Assembly (NCBI GenBank): GCA_963575745.1 | Contig: CAUYUJ010000214.1 | Coordinates: 248,001-312,000 of the forward strand | Direction: 5' to 3' | Length of the DNA: 64,000 nt | Source: Prorocentrum cordatum | Taxonomy: Eukaryota | Shown here: positions 24,941 through 35,106 of the stretch, piece by piece | How positions within the stretch are numbered: position 1 is the stretch's first letter | How the letters are laid out: every line of letters begins with the position of its first letter | The notes under the pieces: generated by a model | The model's input: only the letters and a program-made list of their open reading frames with translations | Database searches by the model: none | What the model was told of the DNA's origin: nothing | Position numbers and translations under genes: made by a program

Positions 24941-26797
24941 GTGATGTTGATGGGGTTGGTTGGGGATGGGGATGGGGATGGCACTGAAGATGTTTAGGAC
25001 GCCGATGGGGCTGGGTGTCAGGAAGCGCAGGTGTCTTGGACCTGATTATGGCTAGGATGATGATTGCGCTGATGTGAATGCGTATGATGGTGGTGGTTGC
25101 GGGGGTGGTGAAGATGACGATTGTGACGGGGAAGATGCTGATGCGGCTGATGATGCTGATGGGTATGATGACCATGGCTGCGATGATGAGAAGGTGGATG
25201 CATATTGTGATGCTGGTGATGATGGTATTGGTGTGCTGCTGCTGGTGATGATGATGAGGAGGACGAGGACGAGGACATGGACGAGCACGAAGGTGATGAG
25301 GTTGACGCTGAGTGTGAGGACGATGCGGTCTGGGGAGGAGGATGAGGACGATAATGTGGATAAGGAGGACGCCGATGAGGATGAGTGGCAGGACGCGTAT
25401 GGGTCCAAACCATGATGGTGGCTATAAGGAGGATGGTTATGATTATGCTGCTGCTGTTGTTGTTGTTGTTGGTGTTGGTGGTGGTGATGTTGATGATGAG
25501 GATGCGGATGATGAGGATGATGATGATCCAGCTGAGCATGAACCTGATGCTGCTGATGGTGGTGATAATGGGTAGGCTGAGGACGATGACGAAGGTGATG
25601 ATGCTGACACTGATGCCGATGATGATGGGGAGGTTGGATGGGGAGGGGGATAAGGATGCTAATGGGGGCGATGCGGACGCCGATGAGGCTGGGTGTCAGG
25701 ATGCGAGCGGGGTCGATTATGCTGATGGTGCTGATGCTTATGCTTATGCTGATGCTGGTGCTCATGCTGGTGCTGATTCGATGCTGTTGAGGATGGTGGT
25801 TATGATGCTGGTGATGACGATGCGGAGGAGGAGGAGTGCGGCTAAAGAGGGCACGGCGGATGGTTGACGCATGGATGCAGTGGTGGATGAAGGGCCAGAG
25901 GAGGATGCCAGATGATGAGAATGAGGAGGGAGCAGACGAGAGATTGCTGCTTCTTTTTGATAGTGCTTCCGAAGACGACGATGATATTGCTGCTGCTGCT
26001 GCTTATGATGCTAAGGGTGCTGAGGATGATGACGACGAGGCTGATAATGATGAAGATAATGATGATGGTAATGATGGTAATGATGATAGTGATGATGACG
26101 TCGTGATTATGATGCTGCTGATGATGCTGATGAGGCTGATGATTATGATGCCGATGCTGATGTCGATGATGCCGATGACGAACGGTGGCGACACCGACGA
26201 TGATGCTGCTGCTGCGGATGCTGCTGCTGCTGATAACGACGAGGACGATGTATGATGATACTGGTGATGACGCTGATGATGATGATACTGATGCTGATGC
26301 TGATGCTGACGATGATGATGATGATGTTGACGACGACGGCTATCATCATGGCCATGGCGATGACGGTGACGATAACGATAAATATGATGACGATCATGAT
26401 TATGATGATGCTGATGATGCTGATGATCATAATGAGGATGCTGCTGCTGATGATGAATATGACGATGACGATGACGATTGCGATGACGATGACGATGGCG
26501 ATGACGATTATGATCATGATGATAATGAGGATCATTAAAATGCTGATGTTGATGATGATCATGAGGCTTACTACTCAGTTGGCGATGATGATGAGGAGGG
26601 GGAGGAGGATGACAATGTTGTGGTGGATGCTGTTGTTGTTCTTATTGTTGTTGCTGTTGTTGCTGCTGACGATGCTGATACTGCTGCTGCTGATGATGAT
26701 GCTGACGATGATGACGATGCTGATGATGCTGATGCTGATGATGTTGATGATGCTGATGCCGATGCTGATGATGATACTGTTGTTATTAGTGTTGTCG

Positions 26798-26834
<37 letters not shown>

Positions 26835-26885
26835 CGTTGGTGGTCTTGCTGATAACCAGGACCACCATGATCATGTTGATGATGC
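16755..26885. repeat. ~10 kb degenerate (GAT)n array with higher-order duplications
   Basis: GAT/GCT/GGT/GAC triplets throughout. An ~850-bp block is duplicated (about 16780-17600 vs 17670-18400) and ~300-bp modules recur in 19100-20150. Confidence 0.97.
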
Positions 26886-27344
26886 CCTTCTCAGAGGAGG
26901 AGGAGGAGAAGGAGGTGGAGGAGGAAGGGGAAGAGGAGGAGGTGGAGGAAGAGGAGGGAGGAGGAGTGTCGAGGAGAAGGGGAGGAGGGATGCGCGGCTT
27001 CGGAAGGATCAGCAGCTCCAGAAGGGCCAGTCCGAGGCGAAGTATTTGTTCCAGAGGGAGAAGTCGTACCGGGAGCAGCCCCGCGGCCGCCTCGCGCGAC
27101 CCGGCGCCTGCGAGGGGGCAGCAATCGGCGGCACCCCAACATACTATACTGTAGTTGCGCCGTCCCCTCAGGGGCAACGCGCGCACCGAGAAGTCTTATA
27201 GTATATACGCCGTGGCGTGCCCTTTCTGACCACACCGCTCGGGAAACGATATACTACACGATGGTATACTATATGTTCGGGTCGGACGCGCGCCTCCAAG
27301 GAGGACATATAGTATTAGTATGTCTCTGTGCTTCCCAAGCCAGA

Positions 27345-27960
27345 GAGAAGGAGGGGAGGGGAGGAGCAGGAGGAGGAGGAGGAGGAGGAGGAGGAGGAGC
27401 AGGAGAAGGGTTGCAGGAGGAGGAGGAGGAGGAGGAGGGGGAGGAGGAGGGGGAGGAGTGAGTGAGATGGAGGAGGAGGAGGAGGAGGGGGAGGAGGAGG
27501 AGGAGGCAGAAGAGGAGGAGGAGGTGGAGGCAGAGAAGGAGGACCAGATGCAGGAGAGGAGGATGAAGAGGAGGAGAAAGAGCAGGAGGGAGAAAGAGGG
27601 AGGAAGGAGGGAGAGGGAGAGGAGGGGAGAGGAGGAGGAGAGGAGGAGGAGGAGGAGGAGGCAGAGAAGGAGGAGAGATGCAGGATGAGGAGGAGGAGGA
27701 GAAAGAGCAGGAGAGAAGAGGGAGGAAGGAGGGAGAGGGAGAGGGAGGGAGGAGGAGGAGGAGGGAGGAGGAGGAGGAGGAGGAGGAGGAGGAGGAGGAG
27801 GGGAGGAGGAGGAGGAGGAGGAGGGGGAGCAGGAGGAGGAGGAATGATATGAGGAGGAGGAGGAGAGGGAGGAGGAGGGAGAGGAGTGATTGAGATGGAG
27901 GAGGAGGGGGAGGAGGAGGAGGAAAATGAGAAAGATGAGGAGAAGGAGGAGGGGGGAGGA
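27345..27960. repeat. Purine-rich (GAG/GGA)n tract
   Basis: Direct inspection. Confidence 0.95.
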
Positions 27961-28169
27961 CCAGCGCACGGCTTCGATGAATGTCTGATGGTTCCGCCGC
28001 GCCTCATCGCGGCGACAGAGGAGAAACCTTCGATGAAGTCAATTTCCCGCTGGCGAGTCGAAGAGCCTTCCAGCCGGGCATAGAGATTGCTATCCGCTTT
28101 CGCCGTGGCCATAGGGAGGGCTTGCTGCCCCCTGCTCTTCGCACACAAGCTGGGCCAGGGGGATCCCAG

Positions 28170-29386
28170 GCGTGCTAAAGATGATCTGGGAGTCCTTCGA
28201 GCCCTTGGGATCGCGACCCTCTTGGACGCGGGTCAGTTCAGGCGCAGTATCCGCGGATGTCAAATGATTGTGGCAAGCACGGGTTGAACCTCGACCCACT
28301 CCTTCATAGTACGACCCACGCTTGTGACAAGCCAAGACGGAGATCGGCTGGTCGAGGTGCTCGTAGTAAGACAGAACATGGCCCTTGGGATCCTGCGCTA
28401 AACCAGAAAGCACTTTGCAGTGGCCAGGGCACTTCTCAGCCTCCAATGTAAGACGCTGCTTATAAGATCGGGTCTGAGCCCGACAGATGATGCATCTCCA
28501 TGTGCCAAACATCTGGACAAAGCCGTGGAACCTGCGGGGCTTCTCGGGAGGCTCGGGCGAGGCCATGGGTGGTGGGGGAGAGGCGGCACCCGACGGGGGG
28601 GAGAGAAAAGCTGGTCTCAGGGGTGGTCATCGCTTCATTCTTCCTCGGCGCGATGGCTGGTCACCTTCCCAAAGCGACTGCAGCATATCGGAGGAACTTC
28701 CCACACAGGGGATTATCTTTCTGATGGCCTTGCTTTTCGGCCTCTCTGGGCTGCACCCTTTTGGTTGCAGCAGCTTTGGCATGGTGGTCGGCGGGATCGT
28801 TGCCCGCCGCCAACCTTCGAGCCTTGCTACCCCTTGGGAGGGCTTCACGTCCTGGTGGACTTTCACCTTTAGGAGCCTCCGCCCCAAAGGAACGAGCCCC
28901 TTACCAGCAGCGAGCACCTGAAACCCTGTCCACAGGTTGCGCCGTGGGCATTCGTCACCACCATGCACCTCTAGTGCCCCATTCTAAATATTAGTAGATG
29001 GGTTCTAGCCGCGAGGTGTTCTGCAGCACCTGCCCTTTGAGTGAAAGCCTTACCTACACGCCACACACATGCGCGAACATATTGCCAGCACGCATGCACA
29101 CCACCAAAACACCAGCGGCGTTAAAGACATAGTGACCGTGGTCAGTGCAACTACCATCTGTAGATATCTCTCCTTCTCTAATCGCTTCCGCAGGGCGGAC
29201 GCCGTCTTGAGCACACCAGAACTCCCCAACCTCCAGGCCCGTCCCAGGAGGAGGATCCCCTTCACACTCGGGCAGCCACTGGAAACCCAGGAGTACAGGG
29301 CGGGCCTCAAGGGGGGAAGGCTCTCGAATTCTCTGAGGCTCATCCTCCGAGAAGTGAGTTTGTCTCTGTGCTTTTCGGTCTCCGAG
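28170..29386 (-). mobile_element. Decayed LINE 3' portion: RNase H and Cys-rich C-terminal region
   Basis: GEISTDGSC (~29147-29173), FTQRAGAAEHLAA, LLKVKVHQ (~28852-28876), frameshifted GNDPADHHAK, then WRCIICR...KCPGH...LACHKRGSY...LTRVQEGRDP. Confidence 0.75.
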
Positions 29387-29540
29387 ATATGATCCAGGAC
29401 TCCAGGTCAACGGGCCCCCACCCCCCCCACAGATGGGATGGGTCCCAGGGCTCCACGGGCTCCCCCCCCCTGATGGGACGGTGAGGGGGACGACGACGAC
29501 GACGACGACGACGACGAGGACGACGACTACGACGACGACT

Positions 29541-29581
<41 letters not shown>

Positions 29582-29752
29582 TACGACGACTACGACGACG
29601 GCGACGACGACGACGGCGACGACGACGACGGCGACGGCGACGGCGATGGCGACGACGACGACGACGGCGGCGACAACGACGACGGCGACGACGGTGGCGA
29701 CGACGACGACGACGGCGACGGCGACGACGACGACGGCGACAACGGCGACAAC

Positions 29753-29801
<49 letters not shown>

Positions 29802-30052
29802 GCGAAGACGACGACGACGACGGCGACGGCGGCGGCGGCCCCCGACCCCCGGAGCCCTCCGGCGACGACGGCGGCGGCGGCGACGACGACGACCTCCGGA
29901 GCTCTTCTGGATCACCACGGTACCACGCCACACGCGCCACACCCACAGCACCACACCACACCCACGAGGAGGGGGGCCATCGCGCTGGGGGGGGGGGGGC
30001 GATGGCATCAGCATGAGGGGGGGGGGCGGGGGCCCAGACTCTGGACCATATA
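29387..30052. mobile_element. MITE-like element with short TIRs and internal (GAC/GGC)n, followed by (TA)n to 30075
   Basis: Left end atatgatccag vs right end ctggaccatat (10/11 complementary). The right ~180 bp recurs at 34915-35106. Confidence 0.6.
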
Positions 30053-30549
30053 TATATATATATATATATATATATTCTGATTTCGAGGCGTTGTCTGGGA
30101 TGATGTGCGTTCGGTTCACGGAGCTAGTCGTGATCGGGCGGTGTTTAGGGTGAGGCGCGCGTGGGCAAGCATCTCGTGGTATCTGCTGCAAACGCTTCCG
30201 AGGGGAGTGGGATACACATCCCGTGTTTTGTTGTGGGCCATGTTCCCGTGTTGTGACCAGTCCGTACAGCTTGCGCCGTTGCAGTTCCGGTTACTTACGG
30301 ATGCCGATGAACAAGGTAAGCTATTGAGTCGTAGCGCACCGCGTTTGGGTTCATGGCTCGACATTCTGTCTGCGCAAATCTCACTTTCACCTTCCGTTCT
30401 GACCGCGGCTCCTCTCCTGATCTTGGTGCCTTATGATCATGGCTCCTCCTCCTCTTCCTCCTCCTCCTCCTCCTCCTCCTCCTTCCGGTTTCCCCTGTGC
30501 GACTCCCCGTCGCTCTGCATTGAACCCATTTAATCCTCCTCCTCCTCCT

Positions 30550-30571
30550 TCCGTAGCCATTTTGGCTCCAG
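30550..30571 (+). other. DinoSL spliced-leader relic, one mismatch
   Basis: tccgtagccattttggctccag (21/22), 56 nt upstream of ATG 30628. Confidence 0.92.
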
Positions 30572-30627
30572 AGTTTTGCGCAGATCTGTATCCGGCACCG
30601 TATACTTTGGGACCTATTGACGAGGCC

Positions 30628-32794
30628 ATGGCCTCATGGCACGCCGCGGTGGCCAGGGCCCTGCTTCTCTCGGCCTGGGCCGCCCCGGTGTCGGCGCTCG
30701 TGCTCGAGCCGCGGCCTGGGGCGAGCGGCGGGGCCGTCCTGCGGAGGGCCTCGGTGGATGGCGCAGCGGCGTGTGAGCAAGGTGCTCACCACCCACCAAA
30801 CCACCCCAACCCAACCCGAAGGCTCAGATTTATCCTCGATTTCCAGTGGGGGGGGGTCGGGAAACATCGAAAAAACACGTGTGGAACCCTTACCCCCCCC
30901 CAACCCGAAATTCGGGTCTTCGGGTTGGGTTGGGGTGGTCTGGTAGGTAGTCAGGTGCCTCACCGACGGTGGAAGATGTGCCCGTGAAGGCGGACGCTGC
31001 GGCGAGAAACCCAGACCCCCTCGCGTCGTGGAGCGGAATCGCGACGGGAGGTTTTTCACTGGCTTCGGCCTCCAGGGGCCCGCACCGGGCCTCAGGAGCG
31101 TCAACGAAAACGGCTCGGGAGGAGAAACCAGTCCCGGGGAAAAGGTCCAGACCTCTGGGGGTCGACTAGGGGGCCACATGCGAACCCTACCCCTACCCCC
31201 GACGATTCCTGAAGGGGAGGGTGGGGTTCACTTCGTTCGGGAGCTTCCGAGCGAAGTGAACCCCACCCTCCCCTCCAGAAATCGTGGGGGGTAGGGGTAG
31301 GGTTCGCATGTGGCCCCCTAGTCGACGTCGTGACAAAAACCACGACGCCGGGGGGCTGGGAACGGCGCCGACGAGGCCGAGGCCCGGAGGCAGCAGCCGG
31401 TGCAGCGGCTGATGGCGGAGCATCAGGAGTCGCAGGCGGAGGTGCAGCAGCTGGAGGTGATGGGCCTGTTTTCCACCACCACCACCACCATAAGTTGGAC
31501 CTCCTTCTCCTCCTCCTCCTCCTCCTCCTCCTCCTCCTCCTCCTCCTCCTTCCCCCCTCCAACTTATGGTGGTGGTGGTGGTGGAAAACAGGCCCATCAG
31601 GAGGCCCAGGTTGGGATGAAGGCCTTTTACGCGGAGATCGACGCCTACTGCGAGAACGCCGCGCCGCTTTGGAAGCAGCTGGTCGTTCCCTTCGCGGCCG
31701 TCCTGATGGGGCTGCCGCTGATGCGGTCGGAGGGGACCCTCAACACCATCGGCAAGGTGTGCATCTTCTTTGGCGCGCAGACGTTCATGAACCTGTACAT
31801 GAAGGTCGTCCTTTCAGGCAGCATCGTCTCCAGGGAGTTGCATCTCAAGGGCTACCCAGCCGCCTTCGCCGTCACGGGTATTCAGCAGATAACGAGTTTC
31901 GTCATTATCATGTTGGGGATTGCGTTCCTGTGGTTTTCGCCGTGGCGCTACAAACCAGTGATCGTGGACACGAAGTTCGGCTGGCTGACGGTGCTGGCCT
32001 TCTCAGTCACCTTCACTCTGAACATCGCGCTCAATAACTTCAGCATGTCATTGCTACCTCTGTCGGTCAACCTCATCATGCGATCTTGCTCCCCGCTCTC
32101 GACCTTCTTCTGCGAAATCGCAATGGATAAGGCGGCTGGCAAGAGTGTCAAAGACATCAATGTGATCGAGGTCTCGATGATGCTCCTGGGCATATTGTGC
32201 GCTGGCCTGGCCGTGGTGAGCAAGACCCAGCTTTCCAAGGCCAGCGCTGACCCAGAGGCTGGGTCCAACGTCGTTTTGGGTGTGATCGTTTGTCTGGTCT
32301 CCCTCGTCTCTGTCTCGCTGAACATGGCGCTGGTGGGCCTCATGGGCACCAGCCTGAAGATGAATCCAATAGATACGGCGCTGTACATGGCGCCTCTGTC
32401 GGCACTGATGCTGCTGGTACCCGTTTTCTTCATGCCCCACCCGACCGAGTGGCCTGGCGCCATGATGACCGATTGGCAGATCACGAAGACGGTGGCTCAG
32501 CACGCGCCTGAGGTGCTTGGCCTTGCGCTCTTGTCTGGCGCCTTCGCGGTGTGCTACAACGTGCTGACGTACTTCTTCGTCCAGTCGCTCTCCGCGACGC
32601 ACGCCGCCTTCGCCTCCAACTTCAACAAGGCCGCCACCATCGGCATCGCCGTCATGGTTGGCCTCGAGAACCTCCCCTTCAGCGGCTGGGGCCTCGTGAT
32701 GGCCTGCAGCATCGGCGGAAACATCGCCGCCTTCACGGCCTACAGTCTCTTCAAGGCAGGAGCCTTCGACGGCGCCAACAGGGGCAAGAAGTGA
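30628..32794 (+). CDS. Triose-phosphate translocator / nucleotide-sugar transporter family protein with N-terminal extension. Exon 1 30628-30781, last exon 31601-32794, middle exons unresolved
   Basis: Multiple hydrophobic helices with family-like motifs NLYMKVVL, NIALNNFSMSLLPLSVNLIMRSCSP, MNPIDTALYMAP and YNVLTYFFVQSLSATHAAFASNFNK. Signal-peptide-like start MASWHAAVARALLLSAWAAPVSA follows the SL relic. Linking exon 1 to the domain is inferred. Confidence 0.85.
30782..30954 (+). mobile_element. Introner-like GT-AG intron, 173 nt, with 43-bp imperfect TIRs
   Basis: caag|GTgctc...tcAG|gtgcc; arms 30789-30831 and 30908-30950 match 36/43; junction direct repeat aggtgc. Confidence 0.75.
31161..31326. 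mobile_element. 166-bp foldback (palindromic MITE-like) insertion bounded by GTCGAC
   Basis: Two 83-bp arms, about 5 mismatches, no loop (centre AGCT). Confidence 0.85.
31457..31600 (+). mobile_element. Introner-like GT-AG intron, 144 nt, perfect 42-bp TIRs around a (CCT)n loop
   Basis: gag|GTgatggg...cccatcAG|gag; 31458-31499 is the exact reverse complement of 31558-31599; flanking GAG repeat; splicing gives QQLE|EAQVG. Confidence 0.9.
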
Positions 32795-33462
32795 GGGCGC
32801 TCCGCGAGGGGGGGGAGGGGGCCAGAGGGGTCCAGGGGAACGGGACGGAAGGGAGGGAGGGAGGAGACGTCGCCCGGGAAGTGTCGGGGGGGAGGATTTG
32901 AATGTCAGCGAGGATCGTGTGCGGCACACGATGCTTTGGCACAAGTCCGTAGCCCCGACATCATGCAACACTCCCATCCTGATGTGATGCAGCGTGCGCT
33001 GTTGATAGCTTGTTCTATCAACGGCTCGTTGCGTGGTCGGCACCGGGAACATGTCTCGGACAAAGCCGCTTTGATTGCTTGTTGCAGGCGGTTGGCCTCG
33101 CAGCTTTAGAGCCAGATCGCGCCCGTTGCGGCCACACCGTAATGATTGTTGCCCGCGCGTGGCCTGACCAGATTTCTCCTCCTTCTCCCATCTCCCGTCC
33201 TTCCTCACCACCGAGTGGTTGGCTCTTTGACGGCGCAGCCCCATCGTGTCGAACGCTCGCAGGGAGAGAGCGTAGCCAGATTTCCCCGGGCGGGGCGACG
33301 CGAGTCTGGTCCATCGAACTCGTGCACGGCGGGAAGGCAGCCGTGCTCCTGGGGGGCAGCTGCGGTGCACCCGGCTCCCAGGAGGGCCGCCCATGGTCGA
33401 TTGCGCGCTCCCACACCTTCCACCCCTGCTGCCTCCACCGCCCCTTTCCTTCACCCCACGTC

Positions 33463-33497
33463 GAAGAAGAAGAAGAAGAAAAAGAAGAAGAAGAAGG

Positions 33498-33543
<46 letters not shown>
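33463..33543. repeat. (GAA)n-(TAA)n microsatellite
   Basis: Direct inspection. Confidence 0.95.
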
Positions 33544-33989
33544 GCTACTGCGTAATCATGCACTTTCGAACGTCCGCGCAGATTTCTGGGATCTGCGCTG
33601 GAGCCCCTTTGGGGGCGCCTCCAGCGCCGATCCAGTGAATGCGCACGCACCTCCGGAAATTTATGTTTGTGCCTTTGATTGTTCCTCGATTACAGTCAAC
33701 CCTCACCGTAAGGATTAGCGACTTTCCAAGGTGACACTCGCATCCTTGCCCCTTCGGCCCATCCCCAGCCGATTTCGCTGGCCGCGCCCCGCTCGCAAAG
33801 GGTCGACATGGCCTTCCAAGGCCCTTGCATCCTCATCGTGCGTCCTGATCAGATTGACGGTTTGACTGTCTAGGGTCGTCGTCACATCAGCCTTCAGCAT
33901 CTCGGCCCGGTATCGCCGCCTCAAGAGAGCATCGGGAGCCTTGAGACGGGGGTCGATGCAAACGGGGGTCAGCCAGGGCGCCAGCCAGA

Positions 33990-34355
33990 TCTTAAAGGAT
34001 CCTGCAGAGCCAGGGTCGCATTGACCCGGGCTTGGGTGCAGGACCCTGCAGGATCTTGCAGAATCATGCAGGGCCAGGGTCGCATTGACCTGGGTTTGGG
34101 TGCAGGATCCTGCAGGATCCTGCAAGGCCTGACTGACCCGGGTCTGGATGGACCCGGGTCAGAAGATCCCCGACGGCAGATGGCCAGGGGCGCTTGCGGC
34201 TGCCGAGGCGTTCCAGAAGCCCCCCAGACCTCGCGCCTTCGGTAGCAGACAGTGCGGCGTGTGTAGGGTCCTTCGCAGTTTCTTGTAGACCTCGAGCCTT
34301 CGGCAGCAGACAGCTCGGCGTGTGTAGGTGTCCTTCGCAGTTTCTTGTGTAAGCC
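33990..34355. repeat. Two adjacent ~63-bp tandem duplications
   Basis: gccagggtcgcattgacc...gcaggatcctgca twice, then agacctcg...gtccttcgcagtttcttgt twice. Confidence 0.85.
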
Positions 34356-34914
34356 TTTGCTCCGGCACGCACGCATAAGAACTTCGTGCTATGAGTGTGG
34401 TCCGCCGCCCGCGGCTTCCTACCCCCCTTCGTCGCCTCGTCCTTCTCTTGTGGTGCCCAATCGGGCTCTGGTGTGCCCCCCGCTGCCCCGGCCGCGTCTT
34501 GGGCCCAAGTCGCCGCTGACAAAAAAGTGCCGGCGCTGCACAGTTTCCACACGTCATTGTTCCCTCGTGTCCGCACTCTCAGTAGCGCCTCGCTCGTCGA
34601 CCTGGCTGCGCTCCATCACGGCAGGTTCCAGCCAGGCCTGGCGCGGCCGCGGACGAGCACTAGGGGAACAAAACGTTACATGAGGCATGGACATGAAACG
34701 GAGGTCCGCGCTGGTTTCTTGTATCAGTGGCACCTATTGGATCGGTGCTGGGCCCCCTTTCTGGCGCGCGGAGCGCTCCAGGGGCTGTGCCAGAGACGCT
34801 GCCAGGGAAGTCCAGCTCCGACCCGAGGAAAATTATCCGCGCGGACCTTTGCAAGTTTATGTTCGTACAGTTTTTTGTATTTGTTTTAAAATTTGTTTTG
34901 TGCACAGATGCGCG

Positions 34915-35106
34915 CCGACGACGACGGCGGCGGCGGCGGCGACGACGACGGCTTCCAGAGCTCTCCTGGAGCACCACAGTACCACGCCACACACGCCACA
35001 CCCACAGGACCACATCACACGCACAGGGGGGGGGACCATCGCGCGGGAGGGGGGGGAGCCGATGGCATCAGCATGAGGGGGGGGCGGCCTAGACCCTGGA
35101 CCATAT
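34915..35106. mobile_element. Second, right-end-only copy of the 29387-30052 MITE
   Basis: Shares gagctct...gtaccacgccacac...gatggcatcagcatgaggggggg...ctggaccatat with 29870-30052. Confidence 0.85.

Noticed and set aside
32054..33454. 466-aa minus-strand ORF
   Set aside because: Largely an antisense shadow of the transporter; no recognisable domain.
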